Of a DNA stretch of 64,000 nt, positions 11,975-24,800 are shown piece by piece (position 1 is the stretch's first letter; each line of letters starts with the position of its first letter). This DNA is from Mobula hypostoma (lineage: Eukaryota). The stretch spans positions 65,226,001-65,290,000 of the forward strand of contig NC_086097.1 of assembly GCF_963921235.1 (NCBI RefSeq), given 5' to 3'. A model generated the notes under the pieces. The model was given only the letters and a program-made list of their open reading frames with translations, was not told the origin of the DNA and ran no database searches. A program made the translations under genes and the position numbers.

Positions 11975-13748
11975 TCCTTCCAGGTTCAGTCCCTTCCTGC
12001 CTACATCCATGACACTTCACACACTCTCAATCTTTTCAATGATTTCAGGTTCCCTGGCCCCCATCATCTTACTTTTACTATGGATGTCCAGTCCCTATTC
12101 ACCTCCATCCCGCACCAGGGGCTCTCCATTGTTTTCTGGACACCAGACCTAACCAGTTCCCCTCCACCACCACTCTACAAGCCTAGTGGAACTTGTCCTC
12201 ACTCTAAATAATTTCTCCTTTGGCTCCGCCCATTTCTTTCTAACAAAAGGTGTTGCGATGGGCACTTGCATGGGTTCCAGCTATGACTGCCTATTTGTCA
12301 GCTAAGTGGAATGGTCTATGGTCCTACGCTACATCAACAACTGAATTGGTGCTGCTTGCTGCACCCATATTCTGCTCGTCGACTTTATCAACTTTGCCTC
12401 CAATTTTCACCCTACCCTCAAATTTATCCGGTCCATTTCCGACAACTTCCTGCCCTTTCTCAATCTCTCTATCTCTATTTCTGGAGGTAGCTTATCTACT
12501 GATATCTTTTACAAACCCATTGATTTTCACATCTACCTGATCTATACCTCTTCCCACCCTGTTACTTGTAAAAATGCCATCCTCTTCTCTCAATTCCTCT
12601 GTCTCTGCTACATCTGCTCCAGGATGAGGCTTTTCATTCCAGAAAGAGGGAGATGACCTCCTTCTTCAAAAAAGGAGCTTCCCTTCCTCCATCATCAATG
12701 CTGCCCTCACCTGCATCTTGTATATTTCACACATCTGCCCTCACCTCATCCCCCTGCCACCTCACCAGGGACAGGGCTCCTCTTGTCCTCACCTACCGTC
12801 CCACCAGCCTCCACGTCCAGCACATAACTCTCCATGACTTTCACCATCTCTAATGGGATCCCACCACCAAGTACATCTTTCCCTCCCCCCAACTTTCTGC
12901 TTTCAGCAGGGATCACTCCCAACGCAACTCCCTTGTCCATTCAACCTTCCCCACTGATCTCCCTCCTGGCACTTAACTTTGCAAGTGGAACGTCCTTGCA
13001 ATCTGTCCATACACCTCCTCCCTTGCTACCACTCAGGGCCTCAAACAGTGCTTCCAGGTGAGGCAATACTTCACCTGTGAGTCTGTTGGGGTTATCTGCA
13101 GTATCCAGTGCCTCCTGTATATCGGCAAGACCCAACATAGATTGGGAGACCACTTCGCCGAGAACCTACACTCCATCCACCAAAAAAGTGGGTTCTCCCT
13201 GTGGACCCCATTTTAATCCTACTTTACATTCCCATTCTGACATGTCAGTCCATGGCCCCCTCTACTGCCATGATGACGCCACACTCAGAATGGAGCAGCG
13301 AAACGTTATATTCCTTTTGGGTAGCCTCCAACCTGATGACATGAACGTTGATTTCTCAAACTTCTCGTAATGGCCCCCCTCCTCACCATTCTTCATTTCC
13401 TTTTCCCTCGCTCACCTTTTCTCCATGTCTGCCCATCACCTCCCTCTGGTATTTCTCCCTTTCTCTTTCTTCCATGGCTTTCTGTCCTCTCCTATCAGAT
13501 TCCCTCTTCTCCACCCCTTTATCTCTTTCACCAATTGACTTCCCAGCTTTATTTCACACTCTCCCTCTCCTGGTTTCACCTACCACCTAGTTTTTTTTTC
13601 TCCTCTCCCCCCAACCTTCTTACTCTGACTTCTCATCCTTTTTCTCCAGTCCTGATGAAGGGTCTTGGCCTGAAACGTCGACTGTTTATTCTTTTCCTTA
13701 AAAGCAGCCTGGCCTGCTGAGTTCCTTCAACATTTTGTGTGTGTTGCT
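11975..13748 (+). mobile_element. Penelope-like element inserted in the CR1
   Basis: Decayed RT (MDVQSL, KGVAMGT..GSSY), GIY-YIG (LYIGKTQHRLGDHFAE) and terminal repeat with hammerhead. Confidence 0.9.
13647..13684 (+). ncRNA. Minimal type I hammerhead ribozyme motif, best-preserved copy
   Basis: CAGTC-CTGATGA-AGG-GTCTTGG-CCT-GAAA-CG-TC-GACTG. Stem I CAGTC/GACTG, stem II AGG/CCT, predicted cleavage after C13679. Confidence 0.8.
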
Positions 13749-13907
13749 AAGTCCTAAAGTACGCAACCTTTCCCTATAACTCAGGACTTCAAGTCCTGGC
13801 AACATCCTTGTAAATTTTCTCCGCTCTCTTTCAACCTCAGTCATACCTTTCCTGAAGGTAGTGACCAGAACAGCACACAAAACTCTTAAACTCACAAATG
13901 TCTTATA

Positions 13908-14738
13908 TACGATGTGCTTCCAAGCCCATCAAACCTGCACACATGGGGCAAGGCAGAGTCATCTGCGTGCCCACTGTGCTCCAAGCGAGGAACCCTGGAG
14001 CACATCCTCAGCAAATGCGTGAGGTGAGGGACGGTACGGGTGGAGGCATGATCAGGTCCTGAAGACCATCGCTGAAGCCGTCAGCGCAGGAGTTGAGTGG
14101 GCGAAGCGGTCCCGACCCTCCAAGCAGACCATTGCCTTTGCCAGAGCTAGAGAGCAGCCAATACCTGCCAAAAGAACATCTGCAGGCATTCTGACCTCTG
14201 CAAGGGACTGGATCTCAAAAGGCAGCTGAAGTTCCCCAACCATATTGCAGCCACCACCCTGCGACCAGACATTGTCCTAGTGTCTGAGTCTACTAAGCAA
14301 GCGGTGCTGCTGGAGCTGACAGTCCCATGGGAAGATCGCTTGGAAGAGGCCTTTGAAAGGAAGCCCTCCAAATTCGCAGGACTGGTCAGCAACTGTCAGC
14401 AGGCTGGATGGAGATGTCTCCCAGTGGAGGTTGGTTGTAGGGGATTTGTGGCCTGTTCTTTAGTTAGAGCCTTCAGCATTTTGGGCATCGAGGGAGAGAG
14501 GAAGAGGAGAGCCATCCGCAGTACCACCGATGCGGCAGACAGGGCCTCAAGATGGCTGTGGCTCAAGAGAGGGGAGCCATGGAATCATAAGTAGCTAGCC
14601 ATCTGGGCACAAGCTGGGGCCTGATCAGCCCTGGCTGGGTCAACTGGAGGAGGTTGTATGATGTTGAAAGACCTGAAACACCCGATGATTCCAGGAACAT
14701 CACTGAAGATGTGTCCGGAAGCATCAATAGATGTATGT
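13908..14738 (+). mobile_element. 3' fragment of a non-LTR retrotransposon with a restriction-like endonuclease (HERO/R2-group)
   Basis: CCHC knuckle CPLCSKRGTLEHILSKC (13968-14018), WRHDQVL, RPDIVL...LLELTVPWED...K, PVEVGCRGF. Confidence 0.88.
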
Positions 14739-17700
14739 ACACAGCATACAATTTCAAAATAACATCCCAACTCCTGTACTCAATGCTTTGATTTATGAAA
14801 GCAAATGTCCCAAGAGCTTTTTTTATGATCCTACCTACCTGTGACACCACTTTCAAGGAACTATGCATCTGTATGCCCAGATCAATCTGTTCTACCACAC
14901 ACCTCAGCATCCTACCATTCACTGTGTACAACCTACCCTGGATGGTCCTCTCAAAATCCAACACCTCACACTTGTCTGCATTAAATTCCATCTGCCATTT
15001 TTCAGCCCATTTTTCCAGCTGGTTCAGATCCCACTTCAAGCTTTGGTAGTCTTCCTTGCTACCCACTACACTCCCAATCCTGGTGTCAGCTGCAAATTTG
15101 TTGATCCAGTTTACCACATTATCATCCAGATCATTGATGTAGATGGCAAACAAGAAGAGATTCAGCACAATCCCTGCGGCACACCACTAGTCACAGGCCT
15201 CCAGTCAGAGTGACAACTATCTACAAACACTCTCCTTTTTTCTGTAAAACCAATGTTTAATCCAATTTACCACTTCATCTTAAATGCCAAGTGACTGAAC
15301 CTCTTGACCAACCTCCCATGCAGGACCTGTTCAAAGACCTTGCTAAATTCCATGTAGATAACATCCACTGCCTTGTCTTCATCAACCTTCCTGGTAATAC
15401 CCTCAAATAAAAACTGTAAGATTAATTAGACATGACTTACCATGTACAAAGTCATGTTGACTATCCCTAATCAGTCCCTGTCTATCTAAATACTTATATA
15501 TCCAATCCCTTAGAATACATTCCAATAACTTTCCCACTACTGATGTCAGGCTCACCAGCATATAATTTCCTACTTTATCCTTTGGCTCTTTGTTAACTAT
15601 CCTCTAATCCTCCAGCACCATACCCACAGTTAAGGATGTTTTAAATATCTCTGCTAGTGCTTGCAATTTCTGCACTAGCCTCCTACAGGGTCCGAGAAAA
15701 GACATTGTCAGGCTCTGAGGATTTATCCACCCTAATTTGCCTTAAGACGGCAAGTACCTCCTCCTCCATAATCACTAGAGTCCATGACCTTACTGCTGAT
15801 TTGCCTCCCATCTATAGGCTCTGTGTCCATCTCCTAACTAAATACAGATCCAAAAATTCCATTTACGATCTCCCCTATCTCTTTTGGCTCCACACATAGA
15901 TTGCCATTCTGATCTTCCAGAGGATTAATTTTGTCCCTTGCTATCTATTTGCTCTTAATATATCTGTAGAAGCCCTTAGAATTCTCCTTCACCTTTACTA
16001 GAGCAACCTCATGTCTTCTTTTAGTTGTCCTGATTTCCTTTAACTCTTCTGATTTCCTTTTATCCTCTTGATTTTCGTTTAGCCTCCTGATTTCTCCTCA
16101 AGTACCTCATTTGTTCCTTTCTACCTACTGTTTATCTGCTGTGCACTGCCTTTTTTTTTTCCTTAACCAGGGCCTCAGTATCTCTTGAAAACCAAGGTTC
16201 CCTATACCTGTTATCTTTGCCGTTTATTCTGACATGCACCTACAAGCTTTTTACTCTCCAAATTTCAGTTTTGAAGGCCTACCACTTACCAAACACTTTT
16301 ACCAGAAAACAACCTGTCCTAATCCATATTTGCCAGATTGATATAATCAAAATTAGCCTTTCTCCAGTTGAAAATCTCAACCCGAGGAGCAGAGCTATCC
16401 TTTCCCTTAAAACTGATGGTATTATGATAACTAAACGCAAACTTCTGTCACCTGCCCAGTCTCATTCCTTGCAAGATTTAAGTTATAGGCTAGTAGACAA
16501 GAATTATTGCATTTATTATTTTAAAGATAAGAGTTACTGTGACATAACCATTTTGCAGTTGAAATGAGAGGTAAAAGGCATTCTTTCCTTTCAGTAGATG
16601 AAGATGTGATAATGTTAGCTCTTTCCCTCATTAAACTATATATGGTTGTACTGGTACAGGAGGGGAAAAGCCAAAATACAAATATCACATGGTAAAGAGT
16701 GGCTGTATTAACTAACAAAAATATTTTTCCAAACCAGCAATGGCTATTTTCCTCCTGGTTTTATTGCTGGTGTTTATTGTTGATTTAGTAAAGATTACAT
16801 TCAATAATAATAGAACTTCCGTTACACATGTGTAGTTTTATGTAAAATACTCTTTAACAAAGCCAATTTACACTATCTTTATTGGAAGACTTGGCTAGTA
16901 AAAGGGCAGTTCATATCATTTACAATAGTGCCTAAAGCACTGGCTTGTTTCATTTTTTTCACGTGTCACTGCAAAAGGTGCCATAGTAAACTATATAGAA
17001 TGGTGACCCAAAAACCTATTAAATGTGGGGTTTTCAGAACTAAAAGCACAACTTAAACATCTGTTACATTATATTTGTAGATGAATTAAGATCACATTTT
17101 TCTCCAAAGTGAAATTATTATTAGACAAATCTGGCAAATATAATGCTCAATGCAACTATTTTTCTCATAGAACTTATTAACTTATAAAATCTATTACTCA
17201 TAAAGTGATCATCTTATGCTTTGCATAAACTTGAAACTATTATTACTTTTTTGATTAAAAATTACCCTTATTAGAAGCAACTTGATTGTTAAATCATTCC
17301 TCTGATAGCTTTGTTCAACGTAAAACAAAATCAATTATAGTACATATAATATATATCATATATGATAAATGCAACTAAATTTAAAATGGCCAGATCTTGG
17401 AATCAAGCATTCAGACTAACTCTGGATTCACAACCTTGGCACCAGCTTGGTCAGTACTTATGATAAACCTACAATGGCTTTCATATCCTTTTTACGAGTG
17501 TCCAAAATTGCAATTCCACTTGAAATGATGGCTGAATGCTTTGAATTTAAATTTACTTTGAAACTGAATTTACTTTGATTTCCTTACTCTCACAATCTTT
17601 TCCAAAACTCAAAATGCTTTTGAACATTTTTATTGCTTTATCAAAATGCATGCATGCTTTCAAAGAATTATGTATCTTAGCCCTTAGAACTCAGTTTATT

Positions 17701-17949
17701 TACAACCTTCAAAGTCTGTCCAATAAACGTACATTTCAATTTGTTGCTTTTCCTTCCAAAGTACATAACCCCAAGTGACTCATATCAGATAACAGCTATC
17801 TTTTCCACTTATTTGTCTTTCTGACATCTTTCACTGCTGTGTGCCTAGCCCCCTCAATTCTCTGACATCAGCATATTTTGGGGGAATGCTCTCTCTGTCC
17901 AAGTCTTGATTTATCTCGCCCAAAAAAAGAGTGCTACAGATGGATTCCA

Positions 17950-18135
17950 TAGATCAGGCACAATCTGTAGAGGGAAACGTACAGTTGGCACTTTGAGTTG
18001 ACACCTTTCATCTAGATTGAAAGAGGAGAGGGCAGATAGCTAGTCGCCGACCCTTCCTTCCAGATATGCTGCTGTCCTGCTGAGATCCTCCGGCAGCTTA
18101 TTTTTCGTTCCAGATTCTGTCATCTGCAGTCTCAT
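17950..18135. mobile_element. Old inverted pair of PLE terminal fragments
   Basis: A reverse-oriented tail (about 17950-18040) abuts a forward tail GATATGCTGCTGTCCTGCTGAGATCCTCCGGCAG...CATCTGCAG. Confidence 0.55.
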
Positions 18136-18448
18136 ATCTTTGACCTGATTTATCAAAATGTGCAGAGAACAAAAGTAGTGTCAGTACCTACCCTGATGGT
18201 TGTTATCCTCAATCTAACCAGTAACTATTGACCCTGGCCTTCTCATTCTGAACCTTTAACCAATATTCTACCAATGTTTTCTCTTTTCCTCCTAGGCTAT
18301 CATTTTAATAAGATTACACATCCACTCACTAACCTTCTTTAAAAAATTGTCAAAATATCTTTCTTTAATGAATTCATATAGGCCATCGAATTATATATTG
18401 ATTTTATTCAAAACAAAATCAACCCCTTTTCAAATGTTGTAGTCTCAG

Positions 18449-19880
18449 TTATACCAGTGCCAGAGAAGAATAATGTGGGCTGCCTTAACGACTATGGCCC
18501 AGTAGCACTCACATCGACAGTGATGAAATGCTTTGAGAGGTTGGTTATGACTAGACTGAACTCCTGCCTTAGCAAGGAACTAGACACATTGCAATTTGCC
18601 GATCGTCACAATAGGACAATGGCAGACACAATCTCCATGGCTCTTCACACAGCTTTTGACCACCCAGACAACACAAACACCTACGTCAGGATGCTGTTCA
18701 TCAGCTATAGCTCAGCATTTAATACCATCATTCCCACAATCCTGATTGAGAAGTTGCCAAACCTGGGCCTCTGTACCTCCCTCTGTAACTGGATCCTCAA
18801 CTTCCTAACCAGAAGACTACAGGCTGTGCGGATTGGTAACAACATATCCTCTTCGCTGACAATCAACACTGGTGCACCTCAGGGTTGTGTGCATAGCCCA
18901 CTGTCCTACTCTCAGTATACACATGACTGTGTGGCTAGGCATAGTTAAAATACCATCTACAAGTTTGCTGATGATACAACCATTGTTGGTAGAATCTCAG
19001 GTGGTGACGAGAGGGTGTACAGGAGTGAGATACGCCAACTAGTGGAATGTTGCTGCAGCAACAACCTGACACTCAACGTCAGTAAGATGAAAGAGCTGAT
19101 TGTGGACTTCAGGAAGGGTAAGACAAAGGAACACATACCAATCCTCATAGAGGGATCAGAAGTGGAGAGAGTGAGCAGCTTCAAGTTCCTGGGTGTCAAG
19201 ATCTCTGACGATCTAACCCAATCCCAACATATTGACGTCGTCATAAAGAAGGCAAGACAGCAGCTATACTTCATTAGGAGTTTGAAGCGATTTGGCATGT
19301 CAACAAATACACTCAAAAACTTCTATAGTTGTACAGTGGAGAGCATTCTGACAGGCTGCATCACTGTCTGGTATGGAGTGGCTACTGCACAGGACCAAAA
19401 GAAGCTGCAGAAGGTTGTAAATCTAGTCAGGTCCATCTTGGGCACTAGCCTACACAATACCCAGGACATCTTTAGGGAGTAGTGTCTCAGAAAGGCAGCG
19501 TCCATTATTAAAGATTTCCAGCACCCAGGGCATGCCCTTTTCTCACTGTTACCATCAGGTAGGAGATACTTTAGAAGTCTGAAGGCACACACTCAGTGAT
19601 TCAGGAACAGCTTCTTCCCCTCTGCCATCTGATTCCTAAATGGACTTAGAAGCTTTGGACACTACCTCACTTTTTTAATATACAGTTTTTCTGTTTTAGC
19701 ACATTTTTCAGTAATCTATTCAATATACGTAATTGATTTACTTGTTTATTACTGTTTTATTTTATTTGTTATTATTATTATTTTTCTCTCTCTGCTAGAT
19801 TATGTATTGCATTGAACTGCTGCTGCCAAGTTAACAAATTTCATGTCACATGCCAGTGATAATAAACCGGATTCTGATTC
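18449..19880 (+). mobile_element. Rex1/Babar LINE, 5'-truncated
   Basis: [42 protein letters not shown]. Tail AATAAACCGGATTCTGATTC. Confidence 0.93.
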
Positions 19881-20466
19881 CTGCAATTGCTGCTGGTGGT
19901 ACAGCAATTAATATGCTTGAAATTAATCATATTTTAAATAATCTTATTTAGCAAATTAAATTGTACCCTTTGAAAATTACCTTCTTCATCTTTCCTTATT
20001 GTTTTCACAAGAATACACCACATTTAGCTGCAATGAAATTCATCCAACATAACTTGGCTGACTGCTAAGCTGCCTTCTAAAAATCCATGCAGATACCAAA
20101 TGGAATTTTTGTCAATTCCAGTTATTTTCTATCCTCACTCCTACTCCACAGTTCTGAACTTGTAAAAAGCACTGTTCACCAAAGCTTCCTGACTGAAGTA
20201 CTTGATAGTTCAGAAGACATTGAGTTTAAAGCTTTAATAGTTATTTTCATCTTACACTAGTCTCTTTCCTTTCTCACTGCCTCCAGCCAGACACGCCATC
20301 ACATATTAGCAATTTTCCCTGTTTTGTCTTTACAGGCTATGCTGCAGCTATCCTGATCCTCTCTGGAAAATACTTTCTCTACTTTCTGCCTCTCGACTGC
20401 TTTAAGTTGTTCCTCACATGAAAGGTCATAATACTATTTTTTGTAGCTAGTGTCAGATTTTTAACT

Positions 20467-21500
20467 GTCCTTCTCAGGAAGTTTCTTGGGACTGATGGTG
20501 ACTTCCTTTCATTCTGGTCCTGTAGTGACAGTGTAGGAATTGTAGACTCTTCCAGTGATGGGGTGGGACAGACCTGCAGTCCTTGAGGTAGTGCGCTCCT
20601 TCAGCCATTTACACTGGTTACCGTGTGCCATGGAGCATGAATTTGAGATCCTTACTGCCATCTCACCTACTCACATTGAGTGGAAATGGGTTTGTGATTC
20701 CCAGGAGTCTGTATGTATTTTGGATTCTTTTCAAGGAGGCTTTGAGAATGTCAAGGAGGCTTTTTTTCTGCCAACTGTTAATGTCTTACCATGACTAAGC
20801 ATGGCATAGAGTGTCTGTTTCAGGAGTCTAGCATTAGCTATTAGAATGATAAGGCCTGCCCAATGGAGCTTGGCTGAATGTAGTTAGGTTCTCAGAACCA
20901 AGGATTTTGACCTGAAGGTGGATGTTGCTATTAGGATTTTTCAGGTATATCATTGGTGGCATCTCTCAGTGCTGTGAAGAACCTGCTGTGAGTAGTCCAT
21001 ATCTTAGAAGCAGGTAGCCCCAATCTCAAGAGGTCAAGTGTCACTGCTGTCAAATAGACAGCAAGTTTGTGCAGGCCTGTGGTCTTTTTCTCAATCAGTC
21101 AAAGGCTCTGCTGGAGTACCAAAGATGATAGCAAATTTGTTCCCTAGAATCTGCCCTCACTCAGGGATGCTTATCAAGATTGGGGAAGTGGTCCAGGCTT
21201 CTCAACACTGTTATTATCAGAGAGTGGTGATATATAGCACAGACAGATTAGTAGAGAATGTTTGTTTTGGATAAATACAAGGCCCATTGTCTCAGATGTA
21301 TCAGTAAACAAGTTTACAATGACTTCAGACTTGGTCTTCAAATTACACAAATGCATACGTTGCTTGTGTACTGCAGATCAACTATTGAGGTTAGGCGAAC
21401 TCAGTTATGAATTGGAAGCACAGAGTTGTATAGTGTTTCATTGGCCCTGTCAGTTAAATCCATTCAAACATAAAAGTTATTGGAACTTAAATTTAGCAGA
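20467..21500 (-). mobile_element. Heavily decayed RTE-clade LINE 3' portion
   Basis: Minus strand LHWAGLII..NARLLKQTLYAMLSHGK.../DILKASLKR is typical of the RTE C-terminus. Confidence 0.65.
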
Positions 21501-21619
21501 TAGCAAGGGAGATTGGAAAAAAAAGTATCAGGACAATGATGCATCAGTCTATATTGTGATTATCCTTAGGATATTTTCAAAAGAGAAATATTGAGTTGCT
21601 CTGGTAAATGTTAGCATTC

Positions 21620-21885
21620 CTGACATTACTTGTGTCCTTTTACTTTGAATCTGTTCCTCTATGAATGGAAACAACCTCGCTTTTTTATCCAACCCAGTGT
21701 AGTAACCTACATTTCTATCACAGCTTCACTCAACATTCTTTGCTCCAATAAGAATAACCCCAGGTTTCTTCATCTTCATTTTGTAGCTGAAACTCCTCAT
21801 TCCTGGAACTTTTCTAGTAAATCTCTTTACATATTTTAAAGGATCTTCAACATCCTTACTAAATTTTGATGATCAAAGCTGGATG
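21620..21885 (-). mobile_element. Ancient CR1 fragment
   Basis: CCTCATTCCTGGAAC...CTAGTAAATCTC...ACATCCTT resembles the reverse CR1 3' coding region elsewhere in the window. Confidence 0.45.
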
Positions 21886-24800
21886 GAATGAATGCTAAGT
21901 AGCTTTGAATGGGTGGATGGGGGAATGGGGTGGGAAGAGGTAGATGAAACAAAGTACAATGCACATAATAAGCTCAAAAGTATGGATGTGGGTGACTAGG
22001 CAATTTTCATTAGAAATAGTCTCAGCTTTTTCAACTTTTCCTCAGCAAGTATCCACCCCACTAGGCACAAACTATGAGACAGTCATTTCTATGCATCTAA
22101 ATTTTAACTTTTTGCAATGAAAATTAAAGATTATTTAAATTCAAGATCAAAACATTAATTTTCAGTTGAAAGAGAAGCTCTGCCATGTCAGGAATTTCCT
22201 TACAAATGCCCAAATGGTCCACAGTTCACAGGTCAGGCAAAGCAGCAGGGGTGATCCCATCTGCATTTATAGATGGAGTGCGCTTTGTAAGCGTTAAAAC
22301 TATTTCCTATAATTTTGTAGTTAAGAAGTCTTAATTAGAACTTTGTACACATCATGATGGTGAAATAATGTTTATAAACATAAACATTTCCTCTGTTTTT
22401 CACTACAATAATATATTTGCAAAATATATTACCCACAATAGGGTATCATTCATGGCATAAAGCTACTGAACACTGCAGATTTTGAAGCACTCTGTAGATC
22501 AGACTAGTAAGAGAATTTACAGCCTGTTGGAGTTTAATGCCTTTTTAACATTACTTAAAATACAAACTAGTAAAAAATCGTGGTATCTGTGCAAGATGAT
22601 ACCAGTAGTAGTTAAACATCTATTATAAAACATAAGTTGCACACTACATTAACAGCAATTTTCCTGTTTTAGGGTATTATACAGTCTCTCACTCTCCACA
22701 CATTGTGAAGGTGTGTCATTTCCAAAAATAAGTAACCAGAATTATTCATGTACATTGTGTGAAAACTGCTTCCTCATTTCACTCTTAGATCCAGCTCTAA
22801 AATTGAGCTTGTTTAAAATAGAACCTGCTACCATTCTCCCTTTCCACATCCAGAAGCAGCTTATCGGAATTTACACTACCAAATCCTTTTATCACATTGA
22901 ATTACATCCCAGTCTAATTGTAGCATTTGTACAATCTATCCTCATAATCCCTGGCTTTGTGCTTGGGTAAATCTTCACTCTGCTTTGCCTGACATGAACA
23001 GTATAGAAGTAAATTAATCCCAAACTAAATTTTTGCTTTGCTTATAATGCAATCAAGGTAACTTTGGATTGAGTTTTAAGCCACCATGCATTTCAGGAAG
23101 AAAGCACAGTCTGAAACATCAACATTTTTCTTTTGAGGAAGGCTCCACAAATTCCTTCTGGTCCATGTTACAGATATCATCTTGGACATTTGTACTTAAA
23201 CAGTGAAGCTTGATAAAGAACTAACTTTCATTTTAACTCTTTTGCAGAAATGGCAAAAGTTTTACCTCTCTAAAGGTAGTGACAGGACATTCGGTTGTTA
23301 AGGAATCGGTAATTTATTCAATTTAATTCAGAAAACTTGGATTTAGGGGCACAGCCAAGAATCAACAATGATGTAAACCAATGAATACAAATAAGAATGG
23401 TTGTCAACAGTCTTGTAGTCATAAAGAGCAATTTTAGGTTGTAGGGGAAAAGTTTTACTCTTCACAGTAGACCCAGTTGTGCCTTAGGCACCTTAGATAA
23501 TGAACTGTTTGGGGATCAGCAAGGAATCACTTTTGTTTTTACAAAAGTTTGTGCACTTCCTTTCTGAGCCAAGTTAATTGTATGTACAACAGTAACAAAC
23601 AATTGCACTCCCTTGTCTACTTTTCAAATAGGTATAAGCTACCCTGAATCATTGTGACATCAGCTGACATCCCCTGATGTGTCAAAGACCATAAAAGCTG
23701 TCAGGAATACTGTGAATTCCAACAAGCAACAAGATACCTTACTTGTTTTATTCTTTTTTTAAAAAAAACAAAGGACTAGAATAATGAGAAGTACTTGTTC
23801 TTGCACCGGAATGTAAAACCTGAGAGCCTTCAACAGTTGATTGTATACCATCTTCAAATGTTTAAGTGGCAGAGGCAAAGCACTACTTGCATGCTGAGTT
23901 ACTATCCTTCATCAGTATTAAGTCTCTGCTGTAGACAGACATAATCCCCAGTTGATGAGCTGTGCTAGTGAAAAATGTCTTCTTTTTATAAACTCTTTTT
24001 TAAAAAAGTTATTTTACTGCTTTCTTTGCATCTGTAACAAACACAAGTTTATCAGGGGAAAAAAAAAGAGTCAAATTAGCATTCTTGACTAAAAGGAGAA
24101 ACAGCAAGGCATCTGCAAAAAAATAATCAGCTACCTAATGTCTGGAACAAGCTAAAGCTCTCTGTAATGTGATCCTTACATGAACCATAATCTCCTGTTT
24201 ATTTCCTCTAATGAGGCAGGAGTTAAAGCAGTTGACCTGATCAGATTCAGATGGCAGCCCTAAAGGAGTGAGCCCCCCTGCTGTACCTTGGGCCCGACAC
24301 CCTTTGCTACCTCCAAGCGAGCTGAGACCAGGCTGTGAACCATGTAAATAGGAGGTTTCCAGGTTAATGAAAAGCCATAACTTCATCTCAGTGCTGCTGT
24401 GGAAGACGCTTTGCTTGAACCATGGTTGCAGCAATCAACGATTAAAGCTTAGCAAATGTGTTAGGTTCTAGGGGAAACAAATTACTTTGCTGAAATAGAT
24501 AGAAAAGTAAATATCTTCAGTAAGTTGAAGTGCTTAAATATTGCTTTGCAAAAGAAATGTATTGATTTTAAAATTCAAGGCAAACAACACCACAAGCAAA
24601 AATGGTTTGCAATCTCAGAGTTTGTTGACAAATGTCATGTTCTTCTGTTTATTGTTGAAGTTGTTTTGCTAATTCTGAAATGGCACTGAGTTTTGGAAAC
24701 AAGTATGCAAGTCAGATTTGCTTGAATCTCCAAAATTAATATTCAATACAAATTAATCATCAGAATCATATTCTTTTAAACCTCCTGTGAGCAACAGATG

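Larger units (their letters stand above)
11556..16470 (-). mobile_element. CR1 LINE in three pieces (11556-11940, 13749-13908, 14745-16470)
   Basis: CR1 tail at 11556. RT LFAIYINDLDDNVVNWINKFAADT...WQMEFNADKCEVL. RRKFTRMLPGLEVLSYRERL. Confidence 0.88.

Noticed and set aside
14650..14720. GAAAC...CTGAAGA in the RLE-LINE 3' UTR as a hammerhead
   Set aside because: Stem III and the NUH cleavage triplet cannot be formed in the required order.
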